Both the position numbers and the translations under genes were made by a program. Of a DNA stretch of 64,000 bases, positions 13,840 to 31,375 are shown piece by piece. The notes under the pieces are model-generated. The model worked only from the letters and a program-made list of their open reading frames with translations. It searched no databases and had not been told where the DNA came from. How positions within the stretch are numbered: position 1 is the first letter of the stretch; every line of letters begins with the position of its first letter. Source of the stretch: the human T2T-CHM13v2.0 reference genome, Homo sapiens. The stretch lies in the NCBI RefSeq assembly GCF_009914755.1, contig NC_060928.1, one strand, 5' to 3'.

Positions 13840-15560
13840 ATATTTAAAATGATATTGTAGCATGCATGTAGAGAAGTACACGTATCTTAATTGAATGGGT
13901 CAATAAATTTTTACATATGCACTATACATATATACATTTCCATATTGCTAGCACCCAGGTCAAAATATTGAACACTGTATTAGATCCTAGAGCTGACATA
14001 AAGCACCACACGCTAGGGGTGTAAGCAACAGAAACTTATGCCTCACAGTTCTGGAGGCTGGAAGTCCAGGATCAAGATGTTGGCAGGGTTGGTTCCTTCT
14101 GAGGCTCAGAGGGAGAATCTGTTCCATGCCTCTCCCAGCTTCCGGTGGTTGTTGAGAGTCTTTGGCTCTCCACAGCTCAGAGATTTGTCACCCCAATCTC
14201 GCCCTTCATCGTCACGTGGACTTCTCCTGTCTCTCTTCACACAGTCTTCTCTCTTTGCATGTCTGTCTGTGTCCAACTTTCTCATTTTTATCAAAACAGC
14301 AGTCATACTGGATCAGGGCCCACCCTAGTGATAACGTTTTAACTTGATTAGTTCTGTAAATGTAAGGTCCCATTCTGAGGCACTGGGGGTTAGGAATTGA
14401 CATATCTTTTTAGCAGGACACAATTCAACCCATGACAAATGCCTACAACACCTCATATGGATCCTTCCTACTTCTCAGCGTAGACCAAACCCTCCCCGCA
14501 GAGAAGACCAGCGTTCTGACTTGTATCACATAGATTAATTTTGCCTGTTCTTTAACTTCATGGAATCATACACCATGTACTCTTTTTTGGGGGCTTCTTT
14601 TGCTCAACTTATCTATGATATTCATCCATGTTTCTGTAACAGCGATCACTTATTATTTTACAGCTGTGTAGTATTTGTTCTCTTGAAAATTTTGGTCGTT
14701 TCCAGTTCTTGGCTATTACAAATGATGCTGCCACTGGCTGTGGCACACATTGCCATTTCTCTTGAGCATATAACTGCAGAATAGACGTGCTTTAGTAGAT
14801 ACTGCCATACATTTTTAAAGGATGTTGTACCAAACTATGCTCCCATAGACATTTAAAGCTATACCTAACATTACACTTGTTTTTCTTTTATGGTTGATGT
14901 ATTTCTTGGTCCTATTTTAAAAATTTTCTGCCTACACTATATCATGAAAAAAGTTTATGTATTTTTCCTAGAAGTGTTATTGTTCTTCTTTTCATATCAT
15001 TCTTCTTTTCATATCTTAAATTGTTTTTTGTGAATGGCAAGAGGTAGGGGATTAAAGACTAAGGTTCATTTTTTGCTTTACGAATATTCAATTGCTCCTG
15101 CACTATTTAGTGAAAATACCATTTTCCCTTATTAAATTGCATTGGCAACTTTGTTGTAAACTAAATGACTTTACTTATGGAGGGGTGTATTTCTAGACCC
15201 CCTGTTCTGTTTCAATTGTTTCGTTATTTTTGCACCAATACCATATTGTTTTAATTACTGAAACTTTATAATAAATCTTGAAATATAGTAATGTAATTCC
15301 ATCAACTTTGATCTTATTTTTCAAGATTATCATGCCTATTCTAGGTCTTTTATATTTCCATGCAAATTTTAGAATCAGTACTCAATTTACATAAGAATTA
15401 GTACTCAATTTACACAACTTAGACAAAACCTTAATGGGATTTTTCTTTGTATTTCATGTAATGCATAGATTGACTTAGAAATAGTTGACATGTTAAAAAT
15501 ATTGAGTCTTCCTATCCATGAACATGGAATTTCTCTGTTTATTTAGGTTTCTGTAACTAC
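13840..15560 (-). mobile_element. Old L1M (L1ME/L1MC-like) 3' fragment, interrupted by MLT1C
   Basis: T-rich antisense L1 motifs (tccagttcttggctattacaaat, atattgagtcttcctatccatgaacatgg). Confidence 0.7.
13976..14437 (-). mobile_element. MLT1C-like MaLR solo LTR
   Basis: tgtattag...cacagttctggaggctggaagtcc...ggacacaattcaacccatgaca; TG..CA ends; putative 5-bp TSD aacac/aatgc. Confidence 0.85.
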
Positions 15561-15952
15561 TGTTAAAATATAAACCATTAATGCTGTAGCTGCTTTGGCT
15601 GAAATAAAACGAGGATTCTTTGTAATGAGGGAGAGAGGGTAAAACGTGAAATCCGTTGATTGCTTCATTCAAAGGCCAATGAATGCATTACATAGGTTGA
15701 AGCCAGAAGATATTAAATTGTTATACTTTATGTAAGATATCATTAACGTGGTTAGCTTTATTAAACATGAATGTATTCAAAATACATGAGAATTATTATA
15801 TGGAACCATAAAATACTTTAATACAAAAGGCTCCCTATTTATCTTGAGGCAAGTATATTTAAAAGAGAATTTTTCTTGTATAAAAAGACAAGTGTTCCAA
15901 ATTTGCTGTCTTCTTCTATGAGGACAAGTAGCCAGTAGCATGCTGCCTAGCG

Positions 15953-16137
15953 TAACGTTCTCAAACTCAAAGTGTGCATCAGAAGCACCTGGACAGCTTG
16001 CAAGATACAGATTGCTGGGCCCTACCCCTGCAGTTTCTGATTGAGTAGGTCTGGAGTGTGGCCAAGAGTTTGCATTTATTACAGTTTCCCATGTGAGGTC
16101 TATGCTGCTGATCCACGTAGGGTACTTTGAGAGCCAT
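15953..16137. mobile_element. MER5A-like hAT-Charlie MITE
   Basis: ttctcaaact...gcatcagaagcacctgga...tctgattgagtaggtctgg...actttgagagcca. Confidence 0.8.
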
Positions 16138-16231
16138 TAACTTAGAACTTAGGGATATTTACACACACACACACACTTAATCTGTACCTTTTAGACAAGT
16201 GTAACCGCTTAAGAATAAATGAAAATGTAAC

Positions 16232-16595
16232 TTTTTTTTATTGTCGTGAAACATATGCAAAATTTACAATTGTTAAGCTTACAGTTGAGTGGCACTGAGT
16301 GCATTGACACTGCTGTGCGACCATCACTACCATCCACTGAACACCTTGTATTATCCCATACTAAATTTCTCCCCACTAAATAATAACTGTCCACTCCCGT
16401 TTACTGCCTCCCCTGGTAATCACCATTCTTTCTGTCTCTATGTATTTGACTACTCTAGGGACTTCATATAAGCAGAATGATTCAACGTTTGTCATTTTGC
16501 CTGACTTATTTCACTTAGTGTAATGTTTTTAAGATTCTTCCATGTTGTAGCATGTATCAGAATGGTACTCCATTTTATGGCTGAATAACATAGAA
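16232..16595 (-). mobile_element. L1MB-like 3' end
   Basis: ttttttttattgtcgtgaaa...cctggtaatcaccattct...tttcacttagtgtaatgttt. Confidence 0.75.
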
Positions 16596-16933
16596 GTCTT
16601 TTTTAAAGCATGTGTTACATAGAGGATATTTTGAATGAATGTGTTTTTATAATGTAATTTGAGTGCGTTGGAAACAATGTGAGTCACCTATAGATACTCT
16701 TTTATCTTCTCCTTAAAAGTTGAAAACATAATTTAGAAACTTGTTTTAAAATCTGTCAAATGAAAGTCTTAAGTAGATTTTAAAATCATTTGTCAAAAAT
16801 ACATCAGCTGCCTTATAGTCTGCAAGAAGAATTGATTAACATCAGGCAAAACTGAAAATTTCTAAAATCCTCTCCCAATTATTGAATGGAATTGCAAAAT
16901 GAATGTCAGCGTTTTTAAAAGGAACCAGTTTTG

Positions 16934-19260
<2,327 letters not shown>

Positions 19261-20439
19261 TCATAAATGATCTTTCTCAGGTACAAAAACTACTAAAATT
19301 GAGTAATGATTTTATCAAATAAAGTGAACGTAGGTCTAATTCTTTACATTGCTGTGTGCAGAATATTAAGCCAAGATTTTTTTAAATAAGGTATTTTCTA
19401 ACATACTGTTCTTTCTAAATTATTGATCATATTTTTGTGAAAGCAAAAAGTATTTGCTATTATTTGATAACAAATATTTTAAAAATATAATTTCACCTTC
19501 ATTTCATACTTTTCAAATTTTTATTTTTGCATGTTTTAGATAATAAATAATACATTAGTAGAGTAATACTGTAAAATCCCCACAAGTAAATAAATATGTA
19601 TATGTCAAAGATACAGACTCAAACATTCTTATTAATAAATGTGTACAATCAAAAATATATGGACAGAGATGTCTGTGTGTCCCTGCGTATTTCCCTGCTC
19701 TAGTATTTAAGGTGTCAAAAGTTGTCTTGGTTTCACTTAAGATGATAACTTTGAGGCACAGAAAATACTTTTCTCCTGAGGGTTAAGGGTAGAGTCTTGA
19801 GGCCGTGAGGTCACCTACCCTGAGAGTAGCTTTTATCTTTTGTTCTCTAAAGTGTTCAGAATTCAGATACCACCTCCCTCTCCCAGGAAGCAAGTCAAGG
19901 AGAACTGTCAGACTGGGTATGTGAAGTGCTGGAGACAGGAGCCATTTCTGCACCAATATTTGAGGTCACATTCTCAATGGGAACAATTATCTAGTGACTC
20001 GAAAGTTTTCAAGTAACTACTTGAGCATGTGAAGAGCTAGCTAACAGCATTTCAGCATGCTGATGCTTCCAGTAAACCCATAAAAATAAGTATACATATT
20101 TATTTTATCCTTCTGACCTTATGCAGAGACATTTTCACTAGCTACAATAGTTACAGTGGGACTGGAAATATGAGAACAGGTAATGTCTATATGCTACCTG
20201 GAGAGGCCTGGCCTCCAGCCTCCTTTTAACGTGAAACCAGTGAGAGGAAGTGTCAGTGAGGAAGCTGGGCTCTGGGACCTGGGCCTGGGGTAAATGAGGA
20301 GCACACACAATGGGAGAAGGCCTAAGAGTAGCTTCACAGACTTTGGAAACAGAAGTTATGTACATTTTCACACAGGCTTCCTGAGAGTAGCCAGCCGAGA
20401 TAAGGACATTCAGAAATCCGGTGGCAGAGGTGAGGCTCT

Positions 20440-20820
20440 GTGTGAACCAATTCTATGATGTTCTCTCATAGGCCTGGGACTTAGACTATTCTGTCCCCGC
20501 CCTCTGGATGTGACTGAATTCTGGCCAAGAAGATAGTGGCAGGAGTGATGGCCATGACTTAATAGCCTGCCACAAAACTTCTGCATCGCTGCCCACAGTT
20601 TTTCTTCCTTGTCTGCGTGGAAGGCCATGGGATTAGAACAGCAGCTCCAGGAAATGAAAGCAGCCTGGAGTCATCGCTTTCTGGAAAGTTGCCAGGGAAA
20701 AACCTAAGGAGGACCTAAATGAGACCATCTTATGAGTTTATTTTGTTAAACTGTTGAGATCTGGAGGATTTTTGAAAATTATTATTACTGAAGTACAGCT
20801 TAGTTGTTCTGATTCAAACA
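20440..20820 (+). mobile_element. Old MLT1 (I/J-like) LTR
   Basis: atgtgactgaattctggccaa...aagcagcctggagtc...ctgattcaaaca. Confidence 0.55.
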
Positions 20821-20878
20821 ACACTCCCCTTAATAAGTGATCAGTGTGGCAGCTCCACAGCACACAAAAGGGAGTATG

Positions 20879-20881
<3 letters not shown>

Positions 20882-20923
<42 letters not shown>
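20882..20923 (+). repeat. Poly(A)42 tract
   Basis: Uninterrupted A run, with no Alu/L1 body directly upstream. Confidence 0.95.
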
Positions 20924-20926
<3 letters not shown>

Positions 20927-21798
20927 TTTGCCTTTACTGTCTCAGAATTCAAAGTGCAGGTGAGAAACTTCAAAGGGACCCTGGACATGAGACATTCCCG
21001 GGACTTGCCAGAATAGACTCAACTCAAGCCACTCCACTACTTATCACATGCCAGGACTAACGTCACCCTAGGTGCTGACAATAAGGACACAAGAGGTTTG
21101 GAAATGGACAAGTAAAAAGAGTGGGCGGGAAGTTGCCCGAGTTTTGGCATCCTTCTATGACACATCTTAGCCATCGACCATTATGAGAATTGAATGAATA
21201 AGGTCTGTCGGATTCAAGTATCGGCATCCACCCCTACTTCTGTTATGTGATTACTGAACTTGAGGAAGTAAAGGGAGGAGAGGGCCAGTGGTTAAGGCCT
21301 CTGTATGTAACCCGGTATTGCATGCCCCATATGCATACAAAGTATCCATGTTCTGCCTGCAGAAAATCCTGGAAGATAGTAGCAAAATGGGGATAAATGG
21401 CATTACTCTATGGTTCTTTGCCTGGGATAGTTTTATCTGGAGATCCTTACCCAACTCCACCCTCATTTAAATCCTTAGAGCTTTATTTTTATTTTTTCTC
21501 ATGCAAATTTATAGTATATATGAGAAAACTTGTGACATGTATATAACGCATAGTGATCAATTCAGGGTATTCAGGGTGCCCATCACCCAAGGACAATACA
21601 TCTTTGTTAACTTATAGTCCCCCTACTCTGCTATCACACGTGGAATTTATTTTCTTCTATCTAATTATACGTTTGTGCCTCTAACCACTTCCCTTTATCC
21701 TCCCCCTTCCCCCTGCCCTACTCTCCCAGTCTGTTACCTATTTTTCCACTCTCCACTTTCACGTGTTCCAATTTTTTAGCTCTCACATGTAAGTGTGA

Positions 21799-22237
<439 letters not shown>

Positions 22238-22348
22238 ATACCACATTTTCTTAATCCAATCATCCACTGACAGCTACTTAGGTTGATTCCATATCTTTGC
22301 TATTGTGAATGGAGTTGCAATAAATATGCAATGCTGGTATCCCTTTGA

Positions 22349-22662
<314 letters not shown>

Positions 22663-22933
22663 TGAAATACTGATTTCTTTTCCTTTGGGTGGATACCCAG
22701 TAGTGGAATTGCTTAATCAAATGGTAGTTCTGTTTTTAGTTTTTTGGGGAAATCTCCATACTGTTTTCCATAGCAGCTGTACTAGTTTACATTCCCACCA
22801 ACAGTGTGTAAGAATTTCCTTTTCTCCACATCCTCACCAGCATCTGTTATTTTTGTCTTTTTTATCATAGCCATTTGGACTGAAGGAAGATGATATCCAC
22901 TGTAGTTTTGATTTGCATTTTTCTGATGATTAG

Positions 22934-23303
22934 TGTATTAGTCTGTTTTCATGCTGCTAATAAAGACATATCTGAGACTGGGCAATTTACAAAAGAAAGA
23001 AATTTATTGGACTTACAGTTCCATGTGGCTGGGGAGGCCTCACAATCATGGCAGAAGGCAAGGAGGAACAAGTCACGTCTTACATGGATGGCAGCAGGCA
23101 AAGAGAGAGCTTGTGCAGGAAAACTCCCATTTTTTAAAACTATCGGATCTTGCAAGACTTATTCACTATCATTAGAACAGCACAGGAAAGACCCACCCCC
23201 ATGATTCAATTACCTCCCACCAGGTTCCTCCCATGACACATTGGAATTGTGGGAGTTACAATTCAAGATGAGATTTGGGTGGGGACACAGACAAACCATA
23301 TCA
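22934..23303 (-). mobile_element. THE1 (THE1C-like) 3' LTR
   Basis: tgtattagtctgttttcatgctgct...gggtggggacacagacaaaccatatca. Confidence 0.92.
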
Positions 23304-24005
23304 TTCCGCCCTGGCCCCTCCCAAATCTCATGTCCTCACATTTCAAAACCAATCATGCCTTCCCAATAGTCCCTCAAAGTCTTAACTGATTTCAGCATTA
23401 ACTCAATAATCCACAGTCCAAGATCTCATCTGATTCAAGGCAAGCCACTTCCACTTATGAGTCTGTAAAATCAAAAGCAAGTCAGTTACGTCCTAGATAC
23501 AATGGGGGTACATACATTGGATAAATACAGCCATTCCAAATGGGAGAAATTGGCCAAAACAAAGGGGCTACAGGCCTCATGCAAGTCAGAAATCCAGTGG
23601 GGCAGTCAGATCTTAAAGCTCCAAAATGATCTCCTTTGACTCCATGTCTCACATCCAGGTCATGCTGATGCAAGAGGTGGGTTCCCATGGTGTTGGGCAG
23701 CTACGCCCCTGTGGCTCTGCAGGGTACAGCCTCTCCCCTGGCTGCCTTCATGGGCTGGCGTTGAGCGTCTGCGGCTTTTCCAGGCCCACAGTACAAGTTG
23801 TCGGTGGATCTACCATTCTGGGGTCTGGAGGACGGTGGCCCTCTTCTCACAGCTCCACTAGGCAGTGACCCAGTAGGGACTCTTTGTGTCAACTCCAACC
23901 CCACATTTCCTCTCTGCACTGCCCTAGCAGAGGTTCTCCATGAGACATGCTAGCCCAGCCCCTGCAACCAACTTCTGCCTGGATATCCAGGCATTTCCAT
24001 ACAAC
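23304..24005 (-). mobile_element. THE1 internal region, truncated
   Basis: Polypurine tract (rc of ttccgccctggcccctccc) abuts the LTR; THE1-int sequence stops abruptly near 24005. Confidence 0.88.
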
Positions 24006-24439
24006 TCATGATGTAACATTGCTTCCCAATATTTTTGAAAGTTCTTCCAGTAGTAGAGGAGATGAAGCATGTAGTTCTGACAGGGTTAGGGTTAGAGCCA
24101 AAGGCAGCCCAATACTTCAAAGATAAAATGTCTAACTTAAGTAACATGATTCAGTTTAAAGATTAATGTGAATTTTTCAATCTATTCCATCTCTTTTTCC
24201 TAAGAAAAAAAAATCGCTGTTTTAAGTAATGCTTTAGCCATAAGTAAAATCATGCTCCAGGAGGATGCGTTGCATGTATATGTGGTTTCTTGTACCATTC
24301 TAAGTATGAGGAAAGACGTGGTCCTGTTAGACCATTAGGCATGGGCCTAAATGATGAAACCCAAATGTCTTTGTGTGATGTGTGTGAATTCGTGACTCTG
24401 CAGTATGTCTCCAATCTCTCTGACCAGTCCTAACTTGTG

Positions 24440-24823
24440 CTGTGTCCTGTGCTCCAGCCTTTGACACTTTGACCCTGTTCTGAATGCCAAGTTCTTTCAT
24501 TCCTCCATGCCTCTGTACACATTGCTTCCTCGGCCTGGGTTTTCTTTTCTTTGCTTATCCAATTATTAACTTGGTATTTGGTCTTCAAGATTCATTCACA
24601 TTTCACCTTCTCAACAAAGCCCTTTTCCACCCTAGACACTCCCTCCTTTTCGCATTCTCTCCATTCCTCTCTGTTCTCATGTTACGCACCGTATTTCTTT
24701 CTATTTCCCCTCATCATACTGGACTTCTTGAGGACAGGGCAGTATCTCATTCATCTTGTACCCTCAGTGCAGAGGAAGATGCCTGGCATATATTGCCTGA
24801 TCAATAACCAGCTGAATGAGTGA
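24440..24823 (+). mobile_element. L2 3' end
   Basis: cttgaggacagggc...gcctggcatata...tcaataa...tgaatgagtga. Confidence 0.7.
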
Positions 24824-25675
24824 CATTTGTTTCTTTTATTCATATAGTCCCCATGCAGGTGTTTTTATCTTTCACTTTATTCTAGTATTATTTTTCCAAT
24901 TTTTTTTACATCATATTTCTCACAAGCCTACTAAGATATTCATTAACTATATGAAAAGTTTGTTCTTGTGGCAGTTATGTAATGATTCAATGCTGCACAC
25001 GTATAAACGGCCCACGCTGAGACATACGATCTCCTTAAGAATTGTTTTCTGCTGCTGATTTGATCTGTATCTCTCAAGACTGTGTTTTCACTTACTTAAA
25101 TTGAGTGGTTATCCCAGACAGATGGCCCTTACCAATCACAGAAACCAAGTTATTATAAACAAAATCTAATTGCAAAGACAATTTTTGCTCTTTTATTGCG
25201 TTTTTTAATATCTTTGTGTTATCCATCTTTCAAAACGCTGGTGGAAATCACATGGTTCAACTATTTCAACTATCTCATTGTCTGTGTCCAAGAGATTTAA
25301 GGTAGGAAAGAAAACATTTTGTGATTTCCATTTGGAGAAAACTGTTCTGTTTTCATTATGTACTAGTACGGAAAACATAGCTTCAGAATATTTAGTTATA
25401 AATTTCCTATTTGATAAGCTCATTTTGCTATCAATTTTTTTTCTAGTTACTTAGCATAATATTTTTCACATTTAGATCTAACTGTGTTATTCCCCTGCTG
25501 AAATCCTTCCTTGGATGGCCTTGAGAATGACAGTCAAACTCCTGAGCACGGTCTCAAGGTCTTTTCAGCCAGGCCTCATCTGTCCCCCAGCTCTGGGTGC
25601 ACACAGCACTATCACCACTCAGACCAGACCACTCATGCATCCCCACATATTCTCACATCTCTCTACGTTTACACG

Positions 25676-26130
25676 TGTCACTTCCTCCACCTATGTTACA
25701 CACACACGTGCACACAGTCTCACACACCCATACTCATTCACACCCACACACTCATGCCCACACGCACACTCACACCCACTCACACGCACACACACATGCA
25801 CTCACACCCACACGCGTGCACACACACCCACACTCACACCCACAGGCACACAGTCATGCCCACATACACACTCACACCCACATGCACACACTTATGCCCA
25901 CATGCACACACCTACACGCACACACTCATGCCCCCCCACACACACCCACACGCACACCCATGCGCACACACGCCCACACACTCACACCCACACAAGCTCA
26001 CGCACACACGTGCACACACACCCCACATGCTCGCACACACACCCCCACATGCTCACACACACATGCCCACACTCACACACACACTCATGCCCACAGTCAC
26101 ACACTCACACCCACACTCTCACACACACAC
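25676..26130. repeat. Degenerate (CA)n-derived low-complexity repeat
   Basis: ~450 bp of cacacac with recurring actcatgcccaca and actcacacccac submotifs. Confidence 0.92.
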
Positions 26131-26274
26131 TGTTACCCTTGCCCCGTTTATGGCCTATTCCTTCTCAGCTCACTCTAAGGGTGGCCTCTTTCTGGAAGCC
26201 TTGTCTTTTTTTGGATTGTCAGTGTAACATACAGAGAAATAGATGTATATGGTCAATCCTGAAATTGGTTATTA

Positions 26275-26664
<390 letters not shown>

Positions 26665-27399
26665 CTACCACACAAAGCCTAAAGTCATCAGAATCCCATG
26701 TGCTCCATTCCTCTCATTATTCTGTTAGCTAGGGCCTTACATTCACCATCTGTCAGACACCAGGTAAAACTAACCCTAGATCATTTTTTCAATATGAAAG
26801 AATTAAAAATAGTGTCGTTTTCACCCACAGCTTAGTTGTTACTATTCCTTCCTGAATAGGGCCATTTGCAGACAGGACTGCTCTACTGAAGACACTTATG
26901 ACTTGGTGAGAAAGTAAGTCTCAAACACGTGTAAGGAAAGGCGAGCTATGCACATGTGTGTGCATGCATGTAATCACGGCATCAGTGAAGGTGCACCCAC
27001 AGCGGGGCTGAGGGATTGTCTGTGCAGCTGTGAGTAGCCATCAATACTAGTGTGAAGGAAGGAACGAGGTGGAGTGGATGAGGCAGTTAGAAACTTTTCA
27101 GTGGCATGTCTTGAAAGCCCAGTTAAAGAAGAAAAATACCCAAAGAGATGGGACATCTGTGAAAGGCTTGTTAATTTCCAGATAATAAATCTGCTGTAGT
27201 AGATGAAATATGCTGGATAAGGGGAAGGTGGAAAGGGGAATCTAAGGTCGGGCCCAGGTGGTCTGTGTGTGGGGGAAAGGGAAGGACACAGGGCTGCCCC
27301 CCACTGAGGAAGTGGTGTCAGGCTCTGCACATTCTTTGACCAGCCCGATAAATATGGCAGGGAGGGTAGGCCACACTTGTGCTCAAAGCCAGCCATTCA

Positions 27400-27960
27400 A
27401 TGACATCCCTTCCAGCACAGAATGAGATCAAAATCCATGGTGTGGCATGTAAGGCCCTACAGGCTCTGGCCTTTACCTACCATGTAGCCTACTGCTAAGT
27501 CTGCTTCAGCTACAGGGACCTCCGGTTTTTCCTGGATCATGTCGAGCTCTGTCCTGCCACAGGGATTTTGCACTTGCTTTTACCTCCGCCTGGCACTCTT
27601 TCTCAGCTACTCATGGCTGGCCCTCTCAACCCTTCATGTGGCCGCCCAGTATCACCTTGTCAGCAAGTCCTTCTTCACCATTCTAATTCATCCAGCACTT
27701 GCCCATCTCCATCCACTTCTAGCCACGGAGATACATTTATTTTCCTATATAGCACTTGTTGCTGCCTGACATTATAACAAACGTGTTTTGGCTTACTTGT
27801 TTACTGTCTTTCTCTCCACCTATAATGCAAGCCTTCTGAGGGCAAAGACTCCCTTCTGTTGACTGATGTATGACCAGAACCTAGACAAATGCCAGCCTCT
27901 GAGTGGGTGCTCAGCAGATCCATTCTGGAAAATGGCCAGGGCAGTGAATGAGCAGAATGA
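27400..27960 (+). mobile_element. L2 fragment
   Basis: aaatccatggtgtggc...ttgcacttgct...gagggcaaagac...gggtgctcag. Confidence 0.7.
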
Positions 27961-28158
27961 GCATGGGAGGGGAAGTTGTAAGAATTAAGAAAAGTTAAAC
28001 CCAGAGGACTGTAAACAAGGCACAGAAATAAGCTTTGGGGGACAGAGGCATCTGGTCTAAGATTAAGATTGGAGAAGTCACCTCTGTAAGTCAAGATGAG
28101 ACTGAAATCTGTCTGCTTTTATTCTCAGCTTCTAGCTTCTTCACTCAACAGCAATTTA

Positions 28159-28588
<430 letters not shown>

Positions 28589-29429
28589 ACCCAGGATATG
28601 GAGAGAACAGAAATGTTTGGAAATATATTTCTTTGCCAGGAGTCGCCTTCTTCATCTCAAGGCTAGTGAAGAGAATCTTCCACGTGAACACCAGAGAGCT
28701 CTGAAATGTGTTCTCCACAGTCGGGAGGTGCAAAAGATTAGTGTCTGACTCCCATATTGGGTACACAGATGGTGAAAAATGTGCCCACTCCACACAGCTC
28801 CGTGGACATTTTCCTCTCCCAGGACTTACTGATCCAAGACATACGTCTGGGGACCAAATATGAATGACAACAAAACTAGAGAGATGGAGCATTCTGGGTT
28901 TTTCCCAAGGGAATTTCTGCAAAGAGCGAGAAGACCCCAACACTGAGATTCTGTTAAGGGTAGGATGCTGCAGGAGTTGAACTGAGGGTGCTGGAGGTAA
29001 TGCAAAGAAAGGACTGTCCCCAGTGTCATAGGAATTGCCATTGGAGGGAACACGTGAGGAATCTTCTAACCATCCCCAACACATCTGTGGGAGAGAAGAT
29101 TTAACCATCTACCAGCCGCAAGGATGATGAAGACACAGACAGATAAAGAAATGTCTTATCATCTTCTCTCTTCCTCACCACCTTGCCTTCCCCACTTCGA
29201 TGTAGGCAGCCATAAAACCACTAGATAGTGATAGGGGAGGAAATGAGGGAGGAGGGATGGTGTAAGCCAACAGGCTTCCTTTCTCTTCCCTCTCTGTCTT
29301 AACCAGAGGCCGGTGACCACCCATTTCCAGCCTGAGCATAGACGAAAGGGAAGTTGTACTTTAAATGGAGATGCAAGGATGTAGAATTCCTCTTTCTCTT
29401 CTCATCACTTTCCTTCCTGAACAATTCAG

Positions 29430-30615
29430 TGCAGGAGGTGAGAGATTGATTATATACAGGAGAATTGATCAAATAAGCAAACCTATTTTTAATGATTCTT
29501 AATACAAGGATTGTTGTATTACAATAGAGGGAGTTACAAATATGGAAAAGAAGATGACTCGAATAAACTGATGATGTTGGATTGGAACTGGAGATATCAG
29601 TGTGAACTCAAGCCTCAGATGGACAGATACACATAGATGTAACTGTCTGTATACTTATAGATATTTTCTAGATCCCTGCATTGAGAGCATCTGGGAGCAG
29701 TGTCACCCCAACATCAGCGAGCACGCCTAACATCCAGGTCTTGCTTCTAAATAATATTCTCAACTAACAGAAACCAGACCTTCTTGGAGAAATGGCTGAT
29801 TCCAAGAATGGAGCAAGGAAGTCCAAGATGAGGCTGGAATTCTTTGTGTCAGAAGATAAAGAAGTTCTCAAAAAATGTCAGAGACATGTTAAAAAAAAAA
29901 AAAAAGAGAAGCCAGCTTTAATGCACTCCTACCTGGCAAATTGGAGATAATTTGATCATTAAAATAAATAATAGTAGTAATAAACCATAATCCATTGAAT
30001 AAAATAGGAAACTAAGAGTTATTTAAATAAAAAATTATTTTAAATAAAAATAAATTAATACATTGAAAATTTGGTGAGGAATGGGGTATTTATACAATCT
30101 TGATGTACTGTACTACAGAATACATATTAATTACAAAGGGCAGTTAATCAAGTGATGAAATGACTCTCGTTAGTTCTGTGCCAACCGACAGGATGCACAC
30201 ATGAGAACACAGCATCCAGGCAGAGACCAGAGCCAGAACCTAATCACGCAGAAACATCAGAGAAGACAAACGGGGGGATACAGTGAAATAACTGTAATCT
30301 TCAAATGTGAAAGTCAAGAAACAAGACGGGGGAATTACTCCAAACTTAAAGGCTAAAGAGACATGAAGCATGCTTCTGATCTGGATTACTTTGCTAAAGC
30401 AGAAGCTAAAAGTTTCAGTGTTAATTTCCTGATTTTGATGGTTGTATTGGCATTTTTAGGTACAGAGGAGAATATGCTTGTTTTTAGGAAATACAGACTG
30501 AAGTGTTGAGCGCTGATGGGTCATGAGGTCAGCAATTTGCTCCCAAATGGTTCAGGAAAAATTTTCTCTGTGCTGTATTTGCAATAATTCTGTAAATTTG
30601 TTATTGTTCTTTAAG
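29430..30615 (+). mobile_element. L1MC/L1MD-like 3' region
   Basis: gaattgatcaaataag, ggagttacaaatatggaaa, ttaatttcctgattttgatggttgta, aaatggttcaggaaaa. Confidence 0.7.
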
Positions 30616-30904
30616 AATGAGAACATCATATAACTTTCCTCAAGTATCAAAGTTTTCTTTAACCCATCCTAACCCCAAATAAAAGATCTAGAACCTCTGG
30701 ACAGCCAAGTTACTAAACCCAGCCAGTCTATTACATTAAAATAGAGAATTCATGGGGCCTGCCATGAGATTTCATCCAGCAGCAAAGGAGTTGTGTCTCC
30801 TTTTAGATAACGCTTATCAAAGTAAAAGAACAAATGTATAATAAAGCTGAAATTTGATTACAATTCATGCATTGTCTGCATACCAGTTGCAAAACCATTT
30901 ATCC

Positions 30905-31375
30905 TTTCATTTAATATAAATTCTGGTGGATGTTCCATGCCCCAAGTTTGCTAGTTACTGAAGTTAAATAGGCAAATAATAACCTTGAGTTGATCATAGC
31001 ATGGTGGAGAAGACTCACATGTAAAAAAAGCAACATGGCATATGCGTTGTTATAGAAATATAAAAATATATGCATTGTATATGGCAGTTGAAAGCCAAGG
31101 GAAGGAATAATGAACTCTAAATGGGTAATCAGGAAAGGTTTCACCAAAGAGATGAGATTTTGATCTGGGTCTCCTAATTTGAAAAGAAGTAGGCCAGCAA
31201 GGCAAGACAATGGCAGAGGGACGTTGGCGGTGGGAGGGATTCTCAGCACTTGTGGCCTCTTGAAAGGGCTTTGGATGTCTGGGAAACAGAGAAGAGTTCA
31301 GCATGAGCGGAAGGCAGTTTACAACAAATGGAATAGGGTGAGAAAGAGATTAGGGTGGGGAGGTCTGATTTGTAA
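30905..31375 (-). mobile_element. L2 fragment
   Basis: Purine-rich antisense L2-like motifs (tcaggaaaggtttcac...ttgatctgggtct). Confidence 0.5.
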
